A stretch of DNA of 63,137 nucleotides, counting the filler, from Nemertoderma westbladi (taxonomy: Eukaryota; Animalia; Xenacoelomorpha): NCBI GenBank assembly GCA_032718475.1. It is 4 parts of 4 records of this genome, joined end to end, with 100 filler letters (N's around TTAATTAATTAA, not from the genome) between each part and the next. Parts side by side here need not be neighbours in the genome. Positions count along the whole stretch, not along the records: positions 24,490 to 46,903 come from JAUCBJ010001411.1; 3 more parts are not named here. One strand, 5' to 3'. The notes under the pieces were generated by a model. That model searched no databases. It had not been told where the DNA came from and saw only the letters and a program-made list of their open reading frames with translations. This document shows, piece after piece, positions 33,291-43,329 of this stretch. Both the position numbers and the translations under genes were made by a program. How positions within the stretch are numbered: position 1 is the first letter of the stretch; each line of letters starts with the position of its first letter.

Positions 33291-36200
33291 ATGTCACAAG
33301 GGTCTCAACGCTGCTGCCAGTGTGGCACCACCCCTGATGGTAGTTGCATAACGGGGCGGTGTGGTTGCCACAAACGTCGGCGTCCTTGTATCAGTTGCGC
33401 ACAGTTTCTCACCGGAGGATGCAGGAACGAGTTCACTTCCAACATTCACACATTGTCGCCGCTGTCGCAACCACCCATTCCATAAACTTTTCCTCCCCGC
33501 ACGAGACGTTGGACACCATGGAACGGACTGGTTCAAACAGCCAGCTTTCGTTCGACTCACTAAGCGAAACGTTGGTACCTCAGTCAGGAAACGGAGACGA
33601 CGGCGCCAGCCAGTCTACCATCAACCAAGACGGCCACATTCCGCCCACAGACCCTGTCCCCGACTGTCCTCGTCGCTCAGTGAAACCCACAGACGCCCCA
33701 ACTGCCGGGGCAGCCGCCCAGGACACCACACCCTTTGGCAGTACGTGGGCATCAGCGACCGAGAACCAAACGAACCCCGACCCACAGGACTTAATGACTA
33801 GGGCCTACGGGGCCCCATTGGTTGGAAAGGGGGCCGCCCCGGATCTCTTACTACACCAGTGGAGGCGCGCTACTCAGTTGATCGGGTCCAAATACCGTCT
33901 GCCTGGTGGTGCATTGGGGCGGGACTTTGTTGAGCTGCTGGCCTCAGAGGCAACAGCCTTCCAGTCGGCGTTGCAACACAATGTGGCAAATGCCCGCTCA
34001 GAGAGTTTACTACTCACGGACTCGCTTCTACTCCATCTCTCCCTAAAGTAACAAAGGTGGCCGACATCCGCCGTCTCCTCTCACAAAGAATCGGTCTTTG
34101 GCGAGGCGGCCAAATGGTGGCCCTCCTCCAGGAGGCGGAGCGATGCTCTAAGAAGTTTGGTTCTGGCCATCGGGTCAGTCGTCAGCCGCCGGACAACGAG
34201 AAGGAACACACGATCCGTGTGTTTACCCGCCTTATGCTTGAGGGAAAAGTGCGAAGCGCTGTACGGTGGGTGACGGGCCGGGATTCTGGAGGCGTACTAG
34301 ACCCCAGCGATGACGTGGAGGTTGGGGGAAACAAGGTCAATGTCCTGGACGTGCTCAGAAGTAAACACCCCTCAGCGGCGGCACCTCCGGTTGGTTCTCT
34401 ACTGGATCTTGAAGATGAGCTACCGGTGCGAGTTGACGTCGACATAACGGCCGCCCATATAGAGTCGGCTGTCCGCCACCTCCACGGCGGGGCGGGACCT
34501 GCCGGTTCTGATTCCACCCGCTGGCAGGATTTTCTGCTAAGTTACGGGGCCCACAGCGAACGCCTACGCGAGGGAATTGCAGGCATCACTCGCAGTCTGG
34601 CGAACTCAGTAGTCCCGTGGGAGTCCACACGTGCCCTCATGTCTGGCCGGCTCATCGCCCTTGATAAGTGCCCTGGAGTGCGCCCAATTGGGATTGGCGA
34701 ATGCCTCCGCCGGATCATGGCACGAGCCATGGCGCAGACTACTGGCGACGACGTGACAACAACTTGCGGGGCTGAGCAGCTATCAGCCGGGACGTCCGCG
34801 GGAGTCGAGGCCGCCGTCCACACGATGGCCGACATCTTCGAGGAGCGGGCCGACGATGGTTGGGGGGTACTCCTGGTAGACGCCTCCAACGCATTCAACT
34901 CACTGAATAGGGTGGCAGCGCTGTGGAACGCCCGCCGTTTATGGCCAAGGTGTTCCTTGTTCTTATTCAACTGTTACCGAGGATACAGTATATTGGTTGT
35001 GAGAGGAACAGATGCGATATTATTCAGCGAGGAGGGAGCCATACAGGGGGACCCGCTCGCCATGCTGTTCTACGCAACAGGGGCCCTACCACTAGTCCGA
35101 TGCCTGCGTTCCTCGAAGACGCGACAGAACTGGTTTGCGGACGACTCGGCTGGTGCTGGGAGACTCGTGGACGTCCTGGAGTGGTTCCTTCAGCTCAAAG
35201 CCAACGGCCCAGCACTTGGTTACAAGCCGGAACCATCCAAGAGCTACCTGGTAGTGGCGCCGGCTTTTATGGAGGAGGCCAAGCGGATCTTCACGGGCCA
35301 CTCCATCAACGTGGTTACTGGCCACCGCTTCCTCGGGGGTTTCCTGGGTGGAGTGTCTGACAGGACGGCGTTCGTGGGGGCCAAGGTAGCTGCATGGGTC
35401 GACGCAGTAGACAAGCTGTCCGAGATGGCAGCCGAACAGCCGCAGGCTGCGTTTGCGGCCATGGCCTGCTCCCTCCAGAGGGAGTGGGCCTACCTTCAGC
35501 GGGTCACACCAAACTGCAGCGACCAATTCCGAATCCTCGAGGAGGCCATAGCCCAGCGTTTTCTGCCAGCCCTACTCGGAGGCGAAATATCCTGCTAACG
35601 AACGCCGGCTGTTCTCCTTGTCCCCCCGCATAGGAGGGATGGGCCTACGGGACCCTATAGTGGAAGCTACTCCTTCCTACGACACATCCCGGGCCGGAAC
35701 TCGGTCCCTCAGCCGGGCAATCATCGGGGTTGAACCCTTCTCCCTGGTAGATCACCTCGCTTGTCTTCAGGGGGCTCGCAAAGTGGGGCGAACACTACAG
35801 CTTGCACGGGAGGACACCGGGTTCAAGGAGGCGATCGAAGACATGTCACAGACCCGACGACGCACAGTACAACGAGCTGTTGACTACCGTACCAGCGGCT
35901 GGATTTCCTGTCTCCCCCATGCAGAGCATCACCTCGACCTTTCTCCTCGTGAGTTCCGGGATGCGGTGGCCATCCGCTATGGTCGGCCCCTCGCCTCGGT
36001 TCCGAGCCGGTGCGATGGGTGCGGGGCCCCCTTCGATCTTAACCACGGGTTAAATTGCAAGAAAGGAGGTCTCGTCATCCAGCGCCACAATGAGCTACGG
36101 GACGTTGTGGGCGACCTGGCGGCGGCGGCGTTCGGGCCCCGCAATGTTACTTGCGAGCCGGTCGTTCGGGAGCAGCAGGGGGTCGACGGAGCTTCTGGTC

Positions 36201-36631
36201 TTCGGTGTGACGTGGGCATTCGGGGGGCGTTTAACCCGCAGACCCAGGCGTTGATCGACATCAGGTTGGTTAACCTTGACGCCGGGTCTTATGCGGGGCG
36301 CTCCCCGATGTCAGTCCTCGAGTCAGCCGAAGACGAGAAGAAGCGGCTCTACTCCGACGCAGTCTGGGCGCGGCGTGGCGACTTCTCGCCATACGTTGCC
36401 TCCTGCGACGGAGTGTTGGCCCCCCAAGCGGACAAGCTCCTCAGGACCATTGCCCAGAAGCTCCACCGGACGTGGGGGAGACCCTACAGCATGGTGATGG
36501 GGTGGGTCCGTACCCGGGTCCAGCTGGCTATCGTACGCGGGGCTTCCCATTGCCTTAGAGGGTCGCGGACGAAATGGCGTAGCGGGCTCGGGCTGGACGA
36601 CGGCGCTGGGATACCAGGTGGCTTTGTGTGA
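33291..36631 (+). mobile_element. CRE-clade non-LTR retrotransposon (RT plus restriction-like endonuclease), near full length with three frameshifts
   Basis: N-terminal Cys cluster CCQC..C..GRCGC..CISC; RT motifs VRPIGIGE, DASNAFN, QGDPLA, FADD; C-terminal CDGC..H..C, RHNELRD, LRCD..DIRL, EDEKKRLY. Frameshifts near 33480, 34030 and 35590. Confidence 0.88.
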
Positions 36632-37230
36632 CAGGTGGTGTTGGTGCTAGTATTTTGCTAATTGATTAACAAACGTTTTGCTTAAACATTTTCCTGTGTG
36701 GTATTGTATGTAATAAATCTATCATGCATTTATTAGTATACAGAAAAAAAATTAATTGGTTTATTGACAACTCAACTATTTTCTGTCTAACCCCTGAGAG
36801 CTGATAAAGGATGTGTAGACTCAGCCAGCAGCCAGCAGCAGGAGGGGTGTAGTCAAGAAATTCTGCCTTGATGGAATTCTATCTCAGGCAGCCCTGTACT
36901 CAACCATTCCTACACAGCTAGCTGCTGCAGCAGCTCAGGGAGGAGTTGTTACTTTACCATTGCTTTTAATTTCGCGACAAAATAATTTCAAAAAACGAAA
37001 TATATCGAATACCACACATAGAATCGATCTGATATTTTGTAACGCGATTATGAACCACCAAAGCAATTTACTTTTAAAATTTCAACAAAATCGCCAGGCA
37101 GGAAGTGCCTGAACCTTGATAATTATCAGTCAGTCAGTGTTATATATCCTGAGATTTTTATAGTAAGTATCCCGCAGATTTTTACAGTAAGTATCCCGCC
37201 TGTCGAGCGGGCTCCTAATTATGTCATTCT

Positions 37231-37296
37231 GGTGTACTGCAAGGCAATAATACATTGACTCCATTACTATTTATAATTGTATTGGATTATGCAATT
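37231..37296 (+). mobile_element. Tiny RTE-like RT remnant
   Basis: GVLQG...TLTPLLFIIVLDYAI, frameshifted. Confidence 0.6.
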
Positions 37297-38675
37297 GCTT
37301 TTTTTTTTACGCTGGCAGCCTCCCCCCCCCCCCCAATTACACTGCTTCACCGCAAAACAGTAAAACAACTGCTTCACTTCATTTTCAACTTCAACAACTT
37401 TTTCAGTGATGACGCAAGCCGGGTCAGGAAGACTTCCTGATATTCTGGAATGGTGCATCTAATTTCTGAAACTCGACCCTGCCTGCAATTACGTTTCCAA
37501 ACAATGTAAACAATGCTTGGTAGTAGCCCTAGCATTAATGGAGAAGGCGAAGAGAGTATGCCAAGGGCACAACGTAAACATCGTTACTGGGCATCCTAAT
37601 TTAACTGTAGTAGAACTGTAGGAGCTTACTCGACCAACTGTAGTAGTAGATAAATATATGACTCCCAAAATAATTTGTATAGTTTTTGTGCAGGGATTGT
37701 ATTTGTAGAGCGTCAGACGTCCAACGCGGAGGTTACCAGTTCGATCACACTTGGATGTCATTGTCGACTTTGCAAAGCTGTGCCCAACAAAAGTTATGAT
37801 AATTTGTATCTGTTTCGGGGTATTAACAAAGTGATTTTGATCCAAAAAAGTGCTTCTGATAAATTTTTGGGTTTTATGCTAGATTGACTCGACTAATAAG
37901 AAGTTTGCTAAAGATAGAAGTCGAATCTTAAATGTGTTAGCAATTTATTTATTTTTCTTTATACCATTGTTATAATGAATAAAATAAAAGTGTTATTACA
38001 CAATATTATAATTAATTAATTGGACCGAGTAACACTAGAAAAACGATTCAAATAAGAAACTATTAATAACTTGCCGTCTAGACTCACGGCATTAACTGGC
38101 AACGGCATTCGTTAGGTAAAGATGACATTTGTGAATACAAATAACAATAAAAATAAACAATATTTGAGAAAATGACAACATTTTTCGCACAATGATCATG
38201 TCATTTTTCAAACGTGTTTCAACTTTCGGTCGATATGCTTTAATGATTATGATTAATGGAAAATTGGATAATTTATCTTTAATGTTCTATAATTGTCAAA
38301 AGCCAATATATAACTAGCCATAGTATAATTATAATTGTTGGCTAAGATGGCTTGCAGTTTTTGCTGCACGAAGGCCTAACTCGAGTTTGTGATACATACA
38401 ATTTGAAAATAACTATATAAGTGGTGGCAAAAAAAGTATACTTTTTTGTCGAGCGTTGCGAGACAAATAAGAAAACAAGATTTACCCCCCCCCCCCCTCC
38501 CCTCTGCAATATCACGTTCAATTCAATTATTTTTTATTTAGTAATGAGAAAATATCGAAGGTCATCGCCGGCTTGGGCCCATGTTTCGACAAATTATTTT
38601 TTTCACTTATGGAAAAATAAAAAACGACAAAATATGAAGGATATGAACTGCATACCTAAACTGAATGTAGTATAC

Positions 38676-38905
38676 TGATATATCTGTAGCGGTCCTAGTA
38701 AATATCTGTAGCGGTCCTAGTATATATCTGTAGCGGTCCTAGTAAATATCTGTAGCGGTCCTAGTAAATATCTGTAGCGGTCCTAGTATATATATATAGC
38801 GGTCCTAGTAAATATCTGTAGCGGTCCTAGTAAATATCTGTAGCGGTCCTAGTATATATCTGTAGCGGTCCTAGTAAATATCTGTAGCGGTCCTAGTAAA
38901 TTTCT
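38676..38905. repeat. 22-bp tandem repeat (~10 copies)
   Basis: Unit TATCTGTAGCGGTCCTAGTAAA. Confidence 0.95.
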
Positions 38906-39010
38906 GTTCCGAAACCCAGTCAAATATGCAGGCGCATATGTCATGTATAATACACCATGTCCCGGAATGTAGTGCTGTTATTGTACTATAGCGCTCGTAC
39001 TGCAGTGCTT

Positions 39011-41336
39011 ATTTAGCTACCACCTAGCTCATTTAGCTACCACCTAGCTCATTTAGCTACCACCTAGCACTTTTAGCTACCACCTAGCTCATTTAGCTAC
39101 CACCTAGCTCATTTAGCTACCACCTACCTCATTTAGCTACCACCTAGCTCATTTAGCTACCACCTAGCTCATTTAGCTACCACCTAGCACTTTTAGCTAC
39201 CACCTAGCTCATTTAGCTACCACCTAGCTCATTTAGCTACCACCTAGCACTTTTAGCTACCACCTAGCTCATTTAGCTACCACCTACCTTATTTAGCTAC
39301 CACCTAGCTCATTTAGCTACCACCTAGCACTTTTAGCTACCACCTAGCTCATTTAGCTACCACCTAGCACTTTTAGCTACCACCTAGCTCATTTAGCTAC
39401 CACCTACCTTATTTAGCTACCACCTAGCTCATTTAGCTACCACCTAGCACTTTTAGCTACCACCTAGCTCATTTAGCTACCACCTACCTTATTTAGCTAC
39501 CACCTAGCTCATTTAGCTACCACCTAGCTCATTTAGCTACCACCTAGCACTTTTAGCTACCACCTAGCTCATTTAGCTACCACCTAGCTCATTTAGCTAC
39601 CACCTAGCACTTTTAGCTACCACCTAGCTCATTTAGCTACCACCTACCTTATTTAGCTACCACCTAGCTCATTAAGCTACCACCTAGCACTTTTAGCTAC
39701 CACCTAGCTCATTTAGCTACCACCTACCTTATTTAGCTACCACCTAGCTCATTTAGCTACCACCTAGCTCATTTAGCTACCACCTAGCACTTTTAGCTAC
39801 CACCTAGCACTTTTAGCTACCACCTAGCACTTTTAGCTACCACCTAGCTCATTTAGCTACCACCTAGCTCATTTAGCTACCACCTAGCTCATTTAGCTAC
39901 CACCTAGCACTTTTAGCTACCACCTAGCTCATTTAGATACCACCTACCTTATTTAGCTACCTCCTAAGCACTTTTAGCTACCACCTAGCTCATTTAGCTA
40001 CCACCTAGCTCATTTAGCTACCATCTAGCACTTTTAGCTACCACCTAGCTCATTTAGCTACCACCTACCTTATTTAGCTACCACCTAGCTCATTTAGCTA
40101 CCACCTAGCACTTTTAGCTACCACCTAGCTCATTTAGCTACCACCTACCTTATTTAGCTACCACCTAGCTCATTTAGCTACCACCTAGCACTTTTAGCTA
40201 CCACCTAGCTCATTTAGCTACCACCTACCTTATTTAGCTACCACCTAGCTCATTTAGCTACCACCTAGCTCATTTAGCTACCACCTAGCTCATTTAGCTA
40301 CCATCTAGCACTTTTAGCTACCACCTAGCTCATTTAGCTACCACCTACCTTATTTAGCTACCACCTAGCTCATTTAGCTACCACCTAGCACTTTTAGCTA
40401 CCACCTAGCTCATTTAGCTACCACCTAGCTCATTTAGCTACCACCTAGCTCATTTAGCTACCACCTAGCACTTTTAGCTACCACCTAGCTCATTTAGCTA
40501 CCACCTAGCTCATTTAGCTACCATCTAGCACTTTTAGCTACCACCTAGCTCATTTAGCTACCACCTACCTTATTTAGCTACCACCTAGCTCATTTAGCTA
40601 CCACCTAGCTCATTTAGCTACCACCTAGCACTTTTAGCTACCACCTAGCTCATTTAGCTACCACCTAGCTCATTTAGCTACCACCTAGCTCATTTAGCTA
40701 CCACCTAGCTCATTTAGCTACCACCTAGCACTTTTAGCTACCACCTAGCTCATTTAGCTACCACCTACCTTATTTAGCTACCACCTAGCTCATTTAGCTA
40801 CCACCTAGCTCATTTAGCTACCACCTAGCACTTTTAGCTACCACCTAGCTCATTTAGCTACCACCTAGCTCATTTAGCTACCACCTAGCTCATTTAGCTA
40901 CCACCTAGCTCATTTAGCTACCACCTAGCTCATTTAGCTACCACCTAGCTCATTTAGCTACCACCTAGCACTTTTAGCTACCACCTAGCTCATTTAGCTA
41001 CCACCTACCTCATTTAGCTACCACCTAGCTCATTTAGCTACCACCTAGCTCATTTAGCTACCACCTAGCTCATTTAGCTACCACCTAGCTCATTTAGCTA
41101 CCACCTAGCACTTTTAGCTACCACCTAGCTCATTTAGCTACCACCTAGCTCATTTAGCTACCACCTAGCTCATTTAGCTACCACCTAGCTCATTTAGCTA
41201 CCACCTAGCTCATTTAGCTACCACCTAGCTCATTTAGCTACCACCTAGCTCATTTAGCTACCACCTACCTCATTTAGCTACCACCTAGCTCATTTAGCTA
41301 CCACCTAGCACTTTTAGCTACCACCTAGCTCATTTA
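39011..41336. repeat. 20-bp satellite (~115 copies) with three recurring variants
   Basis: Unit ATTTAGCTACCACCTAGCTC; variants ..TAGCACTTTT.. and ..TACCTTATTT.. Confidence 0.97.
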
Positions 41337-41379
41337 GGATGCAAGGCAGAGATGCGCCCTGGCTAGTCCCTTTAAAGCA

Positions 41380-41477
41380 TTCGTGCCGAAACGAAAGCTG
41401 CCCTGGCCCATGCGAGGATCGAACCCACGAGCTACAGGGGATGTGAATTCAATGCAACCACTACACCAAGGTGGAAC
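41380..41477 (-). mobile_element. tRNA-derived SINE head
   Basis: A box TGGTGTAGTGG and B box GGTTCGATCC; homologous to 59599-59700. Confidence 0.75.
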
Positions 41478-42587
41478 CTTGGTGTAGTTTTAATTGCGCC
41501 AATAAAATATAAGTTATTTTCGGTAAAATATACTTTTCATTTGCGGTTAAGACCCCTAGACCAGTTCCTATAATAATATTTACAAGAAGGTATTCCCCTA
41601 TATCAACAGTGCCGTAAAGCCAAAAAAGATTCTCAAATTATGGAAATCAAAGCGCAAATACGGATTGGTAGATTTCGAGATTTATTTCAGTCCAAATATA
41701 TCCAAACAATTAAACCACGTGCTATTACTTTTACCCTGAAAACAGCGAAAATATTATCCCCATTAATTGGATTGAATTGATTGAATGTGTCGATGTAATT
41801 TAATATTTTATTATTAATTTGTTACTTTTTGTCGGAGAATACCCCAAAATCGAGAAAAAGGATAACGTTTTCCCGAGGGAAAAAGTAAGCCTAATATAAG
41901 AAAATTTGAAAATATTTTTTGTCAAAATTATTAACTTTTATTACATGTTGAAAGAGCTCCGAAATGGAAAGGTTTGCACGTAATATGAGCAAAATCCGTT
42001 CACCGCAACCTTAGTGTCTGTAAGACGTATTACGAAACGGATCTCAATATCCAATATTGGTTCATGTAGTTGAGCTGCTCTCTACATAAGTAAATTCCAG
42101 TTCAGTAAATTATTTTATTCCAATTGTAACATTACCCGATGCCGTTAGTATTAACAGCGAGTTGTTATTTAGCACTTTACAACTTTAGAGGACATTACAG
42201 CATTGTATTGGCCTGTGCATTTAGTATTGTATTGTATTGGTGTATTATTATGTGGTAATGTCCCAACAGAGCGACTTTACAGTCACGCCATCATGGTTAC
42301 CATCACATAAACAATAATTGGTATTTATTATTAATTGCCTGACAGCGAAATAGGCCTACTGCATTACCTACCGGTCGCTATTAATAACCAGTGGCAATAA
42401 ACTATTAAGATGGCTCCAAACGCCACCATAAATATAAGCTAACTTTTTCATAACATAATTTATGTCACTTTTACATTTATTTATACAGCAACTAATTTAA
42501 TTTGTGCAGTTTCTATTACTTATAATATATATACAATCATTTCGTAATGTTACTATGTAACAATACTTCTGTAATTTGGAATAAAAC

Positions 42588-42731
42588 TACATGCATACTC
42601 GTTGCTAAGTACTTTACAGTGTTCTGATCCATGTGGCTTTATTTTCACTCACTCACTAACGTTCGTTCGTGTAACAAAGCCACTCGGATCATCACACTGT
42701 AAAGTGCTACTTTACACACAAGTATGTAAAT
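42588..42731. repeat. ~140-bp imperfect palindrome (MITE-like)
   Basis: ACTTTACAGTGT..TGATCC..GTGGCTTT pairs with AAAGCCAC..GGATCA..ACACTGTAAAGT. Confidence 0.75.
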
Positions 42732-43329
42732 AGTTATAACATTGAGTAATCTAGCATTGGGAATTTAAGAGTACAGTAATTGAAATCGCAGTAACTATGG
42801 AAGCAATATAGTAAAATACTGCAGTTCAATTTCCTTTGTAACACCACTACTTCGTTATATCCTATATTAAATAATTAAGCAACAAAGAAGAACCAATTTA
42901 ATAATAAAATTAGTATTTAAATTTTTTTTTCAATATTCTAACAGTATTAACCACGCTGGAGCCCGGAAAATCAAATACCTCAAAATATTGAAAAAAAGAA
43001 TATAGAAAAAAAATATAGAAAATATAGTCATTCACTCACCTACTGTATTCGTAGTTAACTAGAAATAATGATATGAGGCAACACCCGCAAAAATACAAAT
43101 AATTTGTATTAAATTACCGATATATAATAATGCTGTTAAATACAACATTACAGAAAAGCTACGATAATTATACGTCCGGCAATAAACAGTAACCGACTTG
43201 TTGTCGTAAATCAACAATAATTAATAGATACTGCTCAGTGCTCAGCTCATGTAGTCCGTTTGCACTACAGATAATATTTAGTCAGAAATCAGTAATGACA
43301 ACAAGAACTGTTTTTATTCTTTCATTGAG

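Noticed and set aside
39011-41336. Regular repeats as a CRISPR array or telomere
   Set aside because: No unique spacers, no cas genes, eukaryotic context, and the position is internal.
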